A model generated the notes under the pieces. It ran no database searches and was not told the origin of the DNA. It was given only the letters and a program-made list of their open reading frames with translations. A stretch of 64,000 bases of DNA from a virus. Its lineage: Duplodnaviria; Caudoviricetes. Positions 1 to 9,428 of the stretch are shown here, piece by piece. The stretch is from the IMG/VR virus record IMGVR_UViG_3300028888_000049. The stretch is one strand, 5' to 3'. The position numbers and the translations under genes are program-made. The stretch's first letter is position 1, and every line of letters begins with the position of its first letter.

Positions 1-176
1 GCTACATTGAGAACTTCTTAAAAGCTACAAAGCAACTTAAATCTCAACCGTATAAAATTACAAACGTTATTCAATTAGCAAGAACATCTCGTTGTAATAA
101 GAACTTAAAGTTATTCAATCCGATTAAAGATACAGCAGATATTGTAGATTTTGCAATTGCATCTTTGAAGTATTAA
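1..176 (+). CDS. 3' end of a gene entering from outside the window (…TADIVDFAIASLKY*); possibly the MoxR-type AAA partner of the downstream VWA protein
   Basis: Open frame from base 3 to TAA at 174-176, followed by a hairpin. The MoxR identity is only a neighbourhood inference. Confidence 0.6.
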   Translation, partial: YIENFLKATKQLKSQPYKITNVIQLARTSRCNKNLKLFNPIKDTADIVDFAIASLKY

Positions 177-192
177 TTTTAAGTTATGATGT

Positions 193-226
193 AGGGATTA
201 AGTTAAAGTAGAAATACTTAATCCCT
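193..226 (+). terminator. stem-loop (terminator or processing site)
   Basis: AGGGATTAAGT...ACTTAATCCCT perfect 11-bp inverted repeat. Confidence 0.6.
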
Positions 227-257
227 TGTTGATGGAGATTAATTGAAGGAGAAAATA

Positions 258-1085
258 ATGTTTGTAATTAAAGATAAAAATTTAGATATGTATGTTGAGC
301 TTAAGACATTTACTCAAGATATAAATATCAGAATAGATATTATACCTGTAGCAAATATTGAGATTGCAACTCTTTTAGAAGATCAAAGCGAAGTAGATTA
401 TGTTATGAATATCATGAAGGATCAAGGAGATGATATTAATAACTATGAAGTTTTAGATTATGATAACGAATTAGTTAAAGTTAAAGCTAAAGAAGATGAG
501 CAAACTATTCGTGCAATGGGTAATGCTTGGAGTAATTCTTCAGAAGACACTAAGAAAGAATTACTTCAGAAGATACTAGAACAAAAAGGACCTGATGCAG
601 TAATTAAATTTATGAAAGATGTCGAAAATGGTATTGATTTAAATACAGCTGCTGCAGGTAATGTTAGTAATTGTAATTGTCATATGGGTATACAGTTTAA
701 TCCTCAAGATCTTTTAGATGTGTATAATAAGTATCATGGTTATGCAATTCAGTTATATACTGAAGAGCCTGAAGAAGTTGATAATTATGCAGTGACTAGA
801 ATTATACCTGATGAAGATGAAGACGATTCAGTACTTTATATGAGACATCCTCAAAGTCTAACAAATTTCGTTGACTTAGATTGTAAAGAAAATATTTTTG
901 ATGCAGGAGCTGTTGCATATCTTTGTAGTATACCATTTGACGATGATATTATACAATATGCTTTAGATCCAAATAATATGCCTTTTGTCGATAAAGATAT
1001 TATTGCTTCTAAAAATATGCCTCCACTTCAAGGTACTTTACTCAATGAATTTAATTCATGCTTAGAAAAATATCTTGATGAATAA
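258..1085 (+). CDS. acidic hypothetical protein
   Basis: Long ORF; GAAGGAG RBS before ATG 258. Confidence 0.85.
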   Translation: MFVIKDKNLDMYVELKTFTQDINIRIDIIPVANIEIATLLEDQSEVDYVMNIMKDQGDDINNYEVLDYDNELVKVKAKEDEQTIRAMGNAWSNSSEDTKKELLQKILEQKGPDAVIKFMKDVENGIDLNTAAAGNVSNCNCHMGIQFNPQDLLDVYNKYHGYAIQLYTEEPEEVDNYAVTRIIPDEDEDDSVLYMRHPQSLTNFVDLDCKENIFDAGAVAYLCSIPFDDDIIQYALDPNNMPFVDKDIIASKNMPPLQGTLLNEFNSCLEKYLDE

Positions 1086-1114
1086 TAACTATACTTTAAC
1101 TGAAGGAGAGTATA

Positions 1115-2500
1115 ATGAATAAATTTTATGATATGGAAACAAAGATAAATAAAGTTATTGATATTCAACAATTATGGGATTCAGCTTGTACAGAATTAGC
1201 TTTAGAATTTCCTATCTTTGGACAGCTTATTCTTCAGATTGGTGTAAGATTTGTTTGGGATCAATCAAATAAACATATGGCTTGGACAGATGGTTCAAAG
1301 ATTACTGTAAATGAAGCATTCATTCAGTATTTTTGTGCTAATCCTAAACAAGTAGATGATACTGGAACAGTACATAATATGAATATTTCTAAAAAAGAAT
1401 TAGAGTTTGTATTATGTCATGAACTTATGCATCTTCTTGGATTATCTTTTGATAGAGGAACAAGATTAGGTATTGTTAAAGGTACTTATTCTAAAGAATT
1501 ACAAGCTAAATGGAAATTATGGAATAAAGCTACTGATTATGAAATTAATTCACAGTTATCTAATAATCAGCAACAAAATTCAGATGGATATTATTCACAT
1601 AAACCAGTTGGAAATATGCCTTCTTGGGTTCTTTATAGCTCTAAATATAAAGATATGACGGCTGAAGAAATTTATGAAGACTTATTAAAAGATTATGAAA
1701 AACATCCAGAAAATTATACCTTTGATAAAAATGAAGATGAGGATGATGGTGGTAACAGTATAAGTGGTCTTCCTGGTTTAGATAAACATATGCCTATCTT
1801 AGATGATACAACCAGAAATGAACTTATCCAAAAGATTGCTAATGTAACTTCTTCTACTGGTCAAGGTTATGGTTCTACAGCAGTTTCAAGACTTCTTGAT
1901 ATAGCTTTTAAGCCTATTCCTTTTAACTGGAAGAAAGCTTTACAAAGATATATTCGTAATTGGATTAAAGATAATTATACTTGGAATAAACCTTCAAGAG
2001 CTGGTATTGCTGCAGGTCTTATCTTACCTTCATCTTCTACAACACCTTGTATGCATATTGGTGTAGCAATCGATACTTCTGGTTCGGTTGGAGATAATGA
2101 ATTACAAACTATGATGAATCACTTATTTACAATCTTAGGACAGTTCAAACAGTTTACTGTAGATGTATGGTGTAATTCAACTCAAGTACATGAAGATACT
2201 TGGAAACGATTTAACGCTTCAAACAAAAGAGAAATTAAAGAATATGCTTTCCAATCTGATGGTGGTACTGATTTGAAAAAATCATTTGAATTTATAGAGA
2301 AAAAATATAGAAATGAAAAATTAGATTTATTACTCTATATGACAGATGGTTGTGATTGTGATGTAGATGGTAGTGATACACTTACTTGTAAATGTCCAGT
2401 TATTTGGTTAATCTTGGATAATAATGACTTTAAGAAACCAACTAGAATTCCTGGTGCAGTCTATCCATTTGTTGTTGAAAAAGAAAAAGCTGGATACTAA
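1115..2500 (+). CDS. DUF2201-type HEXXH metallopeptidase-like plus VWA domain protein
   Basis: AWTDG and HELMH in the N-terminal half; MIDAS-like IDTSGS, GGTD and YMTDG in the C-terminal half. Confidence 0.9.
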   Translation: MNKFYDMETKINKVIDIQQLWDSACTELALEFPIFGQLILQIGVRFVWDQSNKHMAWTDGSKITVNEAFIQYFCANPKQVDDTGTVHNMNISKKELEFVLCHELMHLLGLSFDRGTRLGIVKGTYSKELQAKWKLWNKATDYEINSQLSNNQQQNSDGYYSHKPVGNMPSWVLYSSKYKDMTAEEIYEDLLKDYEKHPENYTFDKNEDEDDGGNSISGLPGLDKHMPILDDTTRNELIQKIANVTSSTGQGYGSTAVSRLLDIAFKPIPFNWKKALQRYIRNWIKDNYTWNKPSRAGIAAGLILPSSSTTPCMHIGVAIDTSGSVGDNELQTMMNHLFTILGQFKQFTVDVWCNSTQVHEDTWKRFNASNKREIKEYAFQSDGGTDLKKSFEFIEKKYRNEKLDLLLYMTDGCDCDVDGSDTLTCKCPVIWLILDNNDFKKPTRIPGAVYPFVVEKEKAGY

Positions 2501-2508
2501 AAATAGTT

Positions 2509-2544
2509 AGGGATAAGTAAACTCCTTTCTGCTTATCCCTTTCT
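2509..2544 (+). terminator. stem-loop / probable intrinsic terminator
   Basis: AGGGATAAG...CTTATCCCT followed by TTCT. Confidence 0.6.
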
Positions 2545-2575
2545 ATACCAATTAACATTACGAAGGAGAGTGAAT

Positions 2576-3028
2576 ATGACTAATGGTGAAATATTAAATA
2601 GTTTAAAGAATTGTAATGACGAAGATAATTTTAAGAAATGTAAAGAATTACTTCCACTTTGGAATAGTAGTGAATGTGCATTTCCTTCGGATTTATCGGT
2701 TAAGAATTTTATAAAATTAGATAAGTGGTCTTTTGAAGAACTTAATCAAATATCTACAGAATTATTTATCAATAAGTATCTTGCTCCTCATATGAAAGAT
2801 GTTTATTATATGATTAAAGAATTTAGATCTAATCCTAGAAATGAATTGACATATGATCAAGAAGCTTATGCTAAAATTATGGGTTATAACTTAGATTGGA
2901 ATGAGAATGAAACAGATGTAGATAGACAAAATAAAAAAGCTACAATTCTGTATGAACATTCTATCTATAGATTCTTTAATAACTCTAAACTGAAAGGTAA
3001 CAGCAATGACAACCAGAATAATTCTTGA
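2576..3028 (+). CDS. hypothetical protein
   Basis: ORF with GAAGGAG RBS. Confidence 0.8.
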   Translation: MTNGEILNSLKNCNDEDNFKKCKELLPLWNSSECAFPSDLSVKNFIKLDKWSFEELNQISTELFINKYLAPHMKDVYYMIKEFRSNPRNELTYDQEAYAKIMGYNLDWNENETDVDRQNKKATILYEHSIYRFFNNSKLKGNSNDNQNNS

Positions 3029-3203
3029 AGACCTTACAGATAAAACAAAGAATGATTATTATGATAAAGAAAAAGCTTTAAGAGATTATGAAAAACTAAT
3101 AGAAGCAAACAAAGATCATAATATTCAGCTTAAACAATATATTCCGTATTACAATTGTAGTTATGTCGAATGTACTACTTTGAAAAGGAATTTCGATAAC
3201 TAA
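3006..3203 (+). CDS. hypothetical protein
   Basis: ORF with AAGGT RBS, overlapping the upstream gene end. Confidence 0.7.
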   Translation: MTTRIILEDLTDKTKNDYYDKEKALRDYEKLIEANKDHNIQLKQYIPYYNCSYVECTTLKRNFDN

Positions 3204-3223
3204 AATAAATTAGGAGTCTAAAA

Positions 3224-3496
3224 ATGCCTAATACTAGCACAACATTAGAAGTTGTTAAAATACTTCTAAATAAACATAAAGATAAACTTCTTCCAATCGT
3301 AGATAATCTTATATCTAAAAACTGGAAGGAAGCTTCTGAACAACTTAATGATCTTGGTCCACTTCTTTATAATATCTGTGAAGAACAAAATCTTTCTTAT
3401 GAAGAATTTTGTGCAGATTATTGTAATCCTACAATAAATAAAGAAATTATGGAAATGATTGTTAAAGAAATATATAAAGATTTTAAGAAGGAGTAA
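3224..3496 (+). CDS. hypothetical protein
   Basis: ORF with AGGAG RBS. Confidence 0.8.
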   Translation: MPNTSTTLEVVKILLNKHKDKLLPIVDNLISKNWKEASEQLNDLGPLLYNICEEQNLSYEEFCADYCNPTINKEIMEMIVKEIYKDFKKE

Positions 3497-3501
3497 TTAA
3501 T

Positions 3502-3945
3502 ATGAAAAATATTGGTGAAATAGCTAGAGATTATGCTTTGAAAAGTTTTTATGCTTTTTATCATAAATATTATGATCCTAAAAAAGCATCACCTTTAGAA
3601 AAAAAGTATTATAAAAACGAATATTCAAGAATATATAGTAGTGAACGTAATAAACTTAAAAAAGAAAGAGTAAAGTCTTTTATGACATTACTTAAACCGA
3701 TTCTTGAAGAAGCTTGTATAAAGAATGGTTTTAGAATAACTAGTAGCGGTGAAATTTCTATTCATTGGGAATACAAAGATCGTATAGCTAAAAGATTAGC
3801 AGAGAAATTTGCTAAAACTCTTAAAGATGAATATGGTATCGATGGAGTAAAAGTAAAAAGTAAAGTTTCAATGAATGGTTATAATCTTTTTGATTTATCT
3901 AACATTTCAGTTAATAAAGATTTATTATCTGAAAATAAAGATTAA
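3502..3945 (+). CDS. basic hypothetical protein
   Basis: ORF with AAGGAG RBS. Confidence 0.8.
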   Translation: MKNIGEIARDYALKSFYAFYHKYYDPKKASPLEKKYYKNEYSRIYSSERNKLKKERVKSFMTLLKPILEEACIKNGFRITSSGEISIHWEYKDRIAKRLAEKFAKTLKDEYGIDGVKVKSKVSMNGYNLFDLSNISVNKDLLSENKD

Positions 3946-3999
3946 TTATTATGTATATTTAACTAATAACTTAATTTTTTTAACGAAAGGAAAATACAA

Positions 4000-4401
4000 A
4001 TGTTTATTGTTTCTCAAACTAGTAACCCTGAAAAATCTAAAATGTTTTCATCTTTAGAAGAAGCTAATGATTTTATTAAACGTCAACGTAAAGCTAAAGG
4101 CTTTTATACTGTAACTGAAGATAAACCAGTTCAAGAAGGAAAGTCTTGGAAAGAAGCTGTTGAGTTTAAAAATGAAATCGAAATTACAAGAGCTAATGTA
4201 AAACAATTCTATAAAAAAGAAGGTTTTATTAAAGTAGTTGATCGTAAAGGTAATGTAGTACATATTGGTCGTACTAAAAATATGGGTAAAGTATTCAGTA
4301 ACTATGTAAATTGTGCTAACTATAAACAATCATATAATTTTGATTTAGATTCTGGTGAGCATAAATTATATTTCATGGAAGCTAATACTCATCAACTCTA
4401 A
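4000..4401 (+). CDS. small protein with degenerate GIY-YIG-like C-terminal domain
   Basis: GFIKVVDRKGNVVHIGRTKNM resembles the GIY...YIG-x-T motif. Confidence 0.5.
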   Translation: MFIVSQTSNPEKSKMFSSLEEANDFIKRQRKAKGFYTVTEDKPVQEGKSWKEAVEFKNEIEITRANVKQFYKKEGFIKVVDRKGNVVHIGRTKNMGKVFSNYVNCANYKQSYNFDLDSGEHKLYFMEANTHQL

Positions 4402-4424
4402 AGTCTTCTTCTGAAAAATAAATC

Positions 4425-4469
4425 TAGGGTGAGATAAATTTATTCTATGATTTGTCTCATCCTATTTTT
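4425..4469 (+). terminator. intrinsic terminator
   Basis: TAGGGTGAGATAAAT...ATTTGTCTCATCCTA plus T tract. Confidence 0.75.
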
Positions 4470-4501
4470 ATTTATCCTTTATATAACAAAAGGAGAATGA
4501 A

Positions 4502-4807
4502 ATGAAGTATGAAATAAGAGAAAGTAAATATATTCATGATAGAGATGAATATAGACTAGAAACATTTTATCTTAAAATTATGCCAAATAAGTATGGTGAA
4601 GCACGATATTGTATGTCAATACATCGTATAACGGGTGATACAGATTTTGAATTTTATTTACCTTATAATAACCCTTATCCTATTGAGTGTTTAAAAAAGT
4701 TTCTTAAAAAGATAAATGTTAAATATTATTTATATAACTTAAGTATAAGGATAAACAAAGAAAATTTAGATAAACTAACATTTTTCTGTAAACTTTATGG
4801 AGTGTAA
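4502..4807 (+). CDS. C-terminal-motif family protein (tandem paralog of next gene)
   Basis: Ends ENLDKLTFFCKLYGV; AAGGAG RBS. Confidence 0.85.
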   Translation: MKYEIRESKYIHDRDEYRLETFYLKIMPNKYGEARYCMSIHRITGDTDFEFYLPYNNPYPIECLKKFLKKINVKYYLYNLSIRINKENLDKLTFFCKLYGV

Positions 4808-4808
4808 A

Positions 4809-5111
4809 ATGAAGTATGAAATAGATACATGTAATTATATTCATGATAAAGATGAATATAGATTAGAATCATTTTATCTCAAACTTATGCCAAATAATCA
4901 TAGTGGAGGATTTTATCATATATTAGTTAATTATATAACAAATGATGAATTTGAACTTTATATAACTTATAGTTATTCTTATGTTATAAAATGGCTTAAA
5001 AAGTTTCTTAAAAAGATAAATGTTAAGTATTATCTATATAAATTAAACGTAAGAATAAATAAAGAAAATTTAGATAAGTTAACGTTTTTCTGTAAACTTT
5101 ATGGAGTATAA
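4809..5111 (+). CDS. C-terminal-motif family protein (tandem paralog)
   Basis: Near-identical termini to 4502..4807; ATG 4809 after GGAG. Confidence 0.85.
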   Translation: MKYEIDTCNYIHDKDEYRLESFYLKLMPNNHSGGFYHILVNYITNDEFELYITYSYSYVIKWLKKFLKKINVKYYLYKLNVRINKENLDKLTFFCKLYGV

Positions 5112-5115
5112 AATT

Positions 5116-5448
5116 ATGAAAACTCTATTTAATATAATAAAAGAAATGTCTTGTGCTGGAAAAAGTGGTTATATCATTTCTAAAAAGAATGATAGAGTTT
5201 GGTTTTATTTATTTTCTTATAGATTTGATTATGAAAATATGTTACGTGAAAATAAACCAAAAGATAATGATTTAGATTATTATTATGTTTCTATGACTGG
5301 TAAAAATATAGAAAAACATGTTAGACTTCTTTTTAATGAACTAAACATTAAATGGATATATAAACGGATTTTTGATACAGAAAGATTATGTATAAGTAAA
5401 CAAGATTGTGATAGATTTATACAAACTTTAAAAATTTATGGTAAATAA
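5116..5448 (+). CDS. C-terminal-motif family protein
   Basis: LFNELNIKW...QDCDRFIQTLKIYGK. Confidence 0.8.
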   Translation: MKTLFNIIKEMSCAGKSGYIISKKNDRVWFYLFSYRFDYENMLRENKPKDNDLDYYYVSMTGKNIEKHVRLLFNELNIKWIYKRIFDTERLCISKQDCDRFIQTLKIYGK

Positions 5449-5470
5449 AAAATAAATGGAGGATATAAAA

Positions 5471-5794
5471 ATGTTAGATAAAGTTGAGATATATACTCTG
5501 AAACAATCTAAAGACGAGTCTGCAGTTTGGCATCCTCAAGAATTTATACATGGTTATGATAAGAATAAAAGAATATTTGAAATGTATAAATTTAATGATT
5601 ATGATATTGGTATAATAAGAGATAATTATCTTAATAATACTTTTATATTAAATTTATTAAAACAATTAGAAATTAAATATACTTATAGAACAAAGCATGA
5701 TCGTGAATGGTATGGTTTATATAGCAATCAAGATTATGAAAGAATAAAAATGTACTTCCAAATTTTAGGAATAACTGAAACTTATAAAGAGTAA
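5471..5794 (+). CDS. C-terminal-motif family protein
   Basis: LLKQLEIKY...QDYERIKMYFQILG; GGAGG RBS. Confidence 0.8.
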   Translation: MLDKVEIYTLKQSKDESAVWHPQEFIHGYDKNKRIFEMYKFNDYDIGIIRDNYLNNTFILNLLKQLEIKYTYRTKHDREWYGLYSNQDYERIKMYFQILGITETYKE

Positions 5795-5813
5795 ATAAGA
5801 AAGGAGACGTATT

Positions 5814-6113
5814 ATGATTAAATATAATTTATACTTAGGATTAAATGATAAAGATTCTAAAAGACAAAAGATTTCTGAATTAACTGCAATCAATATCATT
5901 TCAAAGTATATTCCTAACTGTTCAATAACACCTTTTAAAGGAATATATACTCATGAAAATGGTCAACAAGTTAAAGAAAATTCATTATTAATTACTGTAA
6001 TCGATTTAGATAATACTTTTAAACCAATTCCTGTTACTAGACAGTTAAAACAATTATTTAATCAAGAATCCATTATCGTTGAAACTGAGGAATCTAATTC
6101 TATCGCAATGTAA
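5814..6113 (+). CDS. DUF3574/PII-like fold protein, candidate SAM lyase
   Basis: G-x-Y...E-x-S...F-N-Q-E-S-I spacing resembles phage T3-type SAM lyases. Confidence 0.45.
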   Translation: MIKYNLYLGLNDKDSKRQKISELTAINIISKYIPNCSITPFKGIYTHENGQQVKENSLLITVIDLDNTFKPIPVTRQLKQLFNQESIIVETEESNSIAM

Positions 6114-6127
6114 TAACGAAGGAGAGT

Positions 6128-6208
6128 ATGCTGATGTCATTTGGTTCACTGATGTATTTAACTACTTTTATCGTATATATTTATTGCTATTATCAATTTG
6201 TTAAATGA
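6128..6208 (+). CDS. 26-aa hydrophobic peptide (not in ORF track)
   Basis: GAAGGAG RBS; MLMSFGSLMYLTTFIVYIYCYYQFVK*; stop overlaps the next RBS. Confidence 0.55.
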   Translation: MLMSFGSLMYLTTFIVYIYCYYQFVK

Positions 6209-6219
6209 AAGGAACTAAC

Positions 6220-6558
6220 ATGAATATTAGAGAGTTTTATATTAAAATTGATAATGAACTTAAAGTAGCATATATTAGTTTTATAAATGATGAAGAAAGA
6301 TTATGTGAAGTAAATTTTCATTATGATGACGGTTTTTTTACAGCATATTTCGATGTTTGTCATCATGCTTTAAGAACCTCTATTGAACAGTTATTGACAG
6401 AATTAAATATTGAATTTGAAAAACCTTTTAATGGAAGGTCTTTTAATATTACAATAAATAAAAACAACTTTGATAAATTTGTATTTAGTTTGAAGTTATT
6501 ATATCCGGATTTATATACGGAATTATATTTTAAAAGATTTAATACGAAAGGAGTATAA
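6220..6558 (+). CDS. C-terminal-motif family protein
   Basis: LLTELNIEF...NNFDKFVFSLKLLYP. Confidence 0.8.
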   Translation: MNIREFYIKIDNELKVAYISFINDEERLCEVNFHYDDGFFTAYFDVCHHALRTSIEQLLTELNIEFEKPFNGRSFNITINKNNFDKFVFSLKLLYPDLYTELYFKRFNTKGV

Positions 6559-6559
6559 A

Positions 6560-7501
6560 ATGAGTGATTTGGATTTGCCAACAAGTATAAGTATTGGTAA
6601 TGAATATACTTTATATGCAGTATTTAAAAGAAACATATATTATGGTCAATTTGATGAAGATAAAATTGGTTCTTTTATATGTAATGATGTATTACATAGT
6701 AATATTAGTTATTCGAGAGATTATAATAATTCAAATATTTTTACGAAAAAAGGTGTTTATAACTTTTATGATAAAGAACATGATATCTTTAAATTTTTTG
6801 GAAGAAGATTAAGAATTTCAGAAGAATTTGCTAGAAAATGTTATTCTATGTATGACGATGATGAAGAATTTATAGCAAAATATTCAAGTTTAGAAAACTT
6901 TAAAAAATATGTAGCAAGCTTTATTAGAAAAGAATTAAATATTTCTGATGATTATGTCTTTTTAGATAAAAATGGTTATATTACAGATATACATTTAGGA
7001 GAAATATTATATACAACTGAAAACGCTGAAAAACATTATACGTTTTATATTGTTAAATTAGATCCGAAAAATATAGAGTTTGATAAAGAAACAAACTGTA
7101 ACAAAGAACCATTACTTAAAACTTTTAATAATATTACTGTTTATAAACAATTATATTTAGAAAGTATAAAACATTTTTGTGAAAAATATAATGTTTATTT
7201 TTCAAGATGTAATGATACAGAAGATATACTTAAAGCAGTAAATAATAATATATGCTTTGGAACGTTAAATTTTGATGCACGATATGATCACAGATTACAT
7301 GAGACATATGATGATATGATGAAAAAACTTGTGAACAAATTTACAGAATCATTATTAACTCATCTGTATGATGGTAAATTCTTAAGTGATCTTGAAGAAT
7401 TATGTTGTGATCGACAAAGCATTATTGAAGGATTGTCAAAAAGTATTATTAAAGGTATTAGTAACGGTATTAATAATATTAAAATAAATGGTATAAACTA
7501 A
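6560..7501 (+). CDS. hypothetical protein (~310 aa)
   Basis: Long ORF; AAGGAG RBS. Confidence 0.85.
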   Translation: MSDLDLPTSISIGNEYTLYAVFKRNIYYGQFDEDKIGSFICNDVLHSNISYSRDYNNSNIFTKKGVYNFYDKEHDIFKFFGRRLRISEEFARKCYSMYDDDEEFIAKYSSLENFKKYVASFIRKELNISDDYVFLDKNGYITDIHLGEILYTTENAEKHYTFYIVKLDPKNIEFDKETNCNKEPLLKTFNNITVYKQLYLESIKHFCEKYNVYFSRCNDTEDILKAVNNNICFGTLNFDARYDHRLHETYDDMMKKLVNKFTESLLTHLYDGKFLSDLEELCCDRQSIIEGLSKSIIKGISNGINNIKINGIN

Positions 7502-7520
7502 TAAATGAAAGGAGGTTACT

Positions 7521-7877
7521 ATGCTATTATATAACTTACAATTACAATCTTATACAAGAGATATTAAAAAAGGTTATATAAAAGCTGAAAGAATCTATGG
7601 CTATTTCAGTATACATGATTCAACTCATGATTATAAATCAGATTTTGTATTTACTGAAACAGGAAGATTATTTATAACCACCTTAGATATGGCTGGTAAT
7701 CATTTAGATTTACCGTTTATAAAATATATAAAAGATAATTATGGTATTCAATTTAAATTTTCTAATAGAGAAACTTCATCACCTTCAAATTATAAAACCT
7801 ACATTACTAAACAAGAAAATTTTGATAAACTTAAAACTTGTTTCTTAATTCAGGGTATTATATCTGATAGGAGGTAA
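7521..7877 (+). CDS. C-terminal-motif family protein
   Basis: YIKDNYGIQF...ENFDKLKTCFLIQG; AGGAGG RBS. Confidence 0.8.
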   Translation: MLLYNLQLQSYTRDIKKGYIKAERIYGYFSIHDSTHDYKSDFVFTETGRLFITTLDMAGNHLDLPFIKYIKDNYGIQFKFSNRETSSPSNYKTYITKQENFDKLKTCFLIQGIISDRR

Positions 7878-7879
7878 TT

Positions 7880-8197
7880 ATGAAATATAATATCGTATTA
7901 AATCCTAGATTGATAGAAATAAATCAAGTAAATAAACCTTGTTCAACTATTGCATGGATAGAATATCATAATATTAAATCACAATTTGTTTGTTATATTA
8001 ATTATTATAAAGATTTAGAAGTTGTAGAATATATACTAAAACATCTAAATATCAAATATGAAGTCAAATCTAATAATATACAAACAGCTTATTATATATT
8101 TATTACGTATGATGAATATCAAAAATTAATTCTTTTATTAAAGCTTGAAGGAGAGTATAAAAATGGAGTGTATATATTCAGTTTCGACATTGAATGA
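7880..8197 (+). CDS. C-terminal-motif family protein
   Basis: ILKHLNIKY...DEYQKLILLLKLEG. Confidence 0.8.
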   Translation: MKYNIVLNPRLIEINQVNKPCSTIAWIEYHNIKSQFVCYINYYKDLEVVEYILKHLNIKYEVKSNNIQTAYYIFITYDEYQKLILLLKLEGEYKNGVYIFSFDIE

Positions 8198-8447
8198 TGG
8201 AGTTAATTCACATATCATTTATATACAAGGTAATCATGCTTTATTGATAAGTAAACCTTATAATGATTCTGTAAGTATAAGATGTAATGTTTATGCTTCT
8301 CATCAAGATTATATGCAATTTATTGATTATTTGGTAGAATCAAAAATAAACTTTATTGATCATAATACTGTAATTGATCAACATCTTGAATTAAGTGTTA
8401 AAGAAAGAGATAAATTAATAATGTTACTTAAAATTTATGGAGGTTAA
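8163..8447 (+). CDS. C-terminal-motif family protein
   Basis: KERDKLIMLLKIYGG; RBS lies inside the upstream motif. Confidence 0.8.
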   Translation: MECIYSVSTLNDGVNSHIIYIQGNHALLISKPYNDSVSIRCNVYASHQDYMQFIDYLVESKINFIDHNTVIDQHLELSVKERDKLIMLLKIYGG

Positions 8448-8448
8448 A

Positions 8449-9300
8449 ATGATAACTGTAGGTAAAGTAATAAATCTAAAACTTTGTTGTAATGTAGTTT
8501 ATCCAATAAATAGTATTGATAATTGTGATAAATTTAAAATTAGATTTAACGAAGCATTAGCTAAGGTAAATAATATTTCAAATTATGCCTATTATAATAT
8601 TTATAAAGAAAACTCACTTGGTTATTCTCAAGATAAATTATCTTTTGATGTTTATTCCTGTACATCATATAAAATATCTTTAGATGATTCAGATGTAAAA
8701 GAATTTAAAAAATATACATTAGGAGTGGATTATGGAACTATGAATGATTATGCTTGTAATTTCTTTTCAAAGAAACTTGATAAAGAAGTTATTGGTTTTT
8801 ATAATACTGGTTATAGAAGTGCTAGTGGTTTAATAAATCTTTATCATCATGGTTCATTCATAGATGCAGATGATTTTAAAGACATCAGAATAATTACAAA
8901 TGAAAATCTTAAACTTATTCAAGCTAATGCTTATTATAATCGTAGTTATTTATGTGTTGGACCAATTATTACAATGTTAAATACTTTATATGGTTGTGCA
9001 TTAACAGATATTTCTGAAAAATTAAAGATAAAGTCTTCAACAAATTGTAACTTTAATCGTTTTTTTACTCAAAATGATGCAGAATTAACTTTAGATTTAG
9101 GTCAGTATTTAGATGAAATTAGAAGAGAAGCTACTAAAAAAGCTTTAGATAAATTTGCTAAATCTAGTGTAATAGAAACGTTAAATGAAATGAATGCAAA
9201 AATTAAAGTCGATACAAGAAGTGAAATATTATATATCGATTTTAAAGATTTAATAAATAGTTTAATTGATAAAAATTATAAAAATAATACATCAAAATAA
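8449..9300 (+). CDS. hypothetical protein (~280 aa)
   Basis: Long ORF; GGAGG RBS. Confidence 0.85.
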   Translation: MITVGKVINLKLCCNVVYPINSIDNCDKFKIRFNEALAKVNNISNYAYYNIYKENSLGYSQDKLSFDVYSCTSYKISLDDSDVKEFKKYTLGVDYGTMNDYACNFFSKKLDKEVIGFYNTGYRSASGLINLYHHGSFIDADDFKDIRIITNENLKLIQANAYYNRSYLCVGPIITMLNTLYGCALTDISEKLKIKSSTNCNFNRFFTQNDAELTLDLGQYLDEIRREATKKALDKFAKSSVIETLNEMNAKIKVDTRSEILYIDFKDLINSLIDKNYKNNTSK

Positions 9301-9428
9301 CTTTTAAAATCTTTATAAATAATTTAAAAACGTCTGAAAGTATTAGTATTACTATCATTTGTACATATAAAATTTTTACAATTTACAAAATACGTATATA
9401 CTAACAGCTTAAATGAAAGGATATTAAA

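Noticed and set aside
4502-5111. Diversity-generating retroelement TR/VR pair
   Set aside because: Both copies are full genes, differences include indels and non-A changes, and no reverse transcriptase is in the window.
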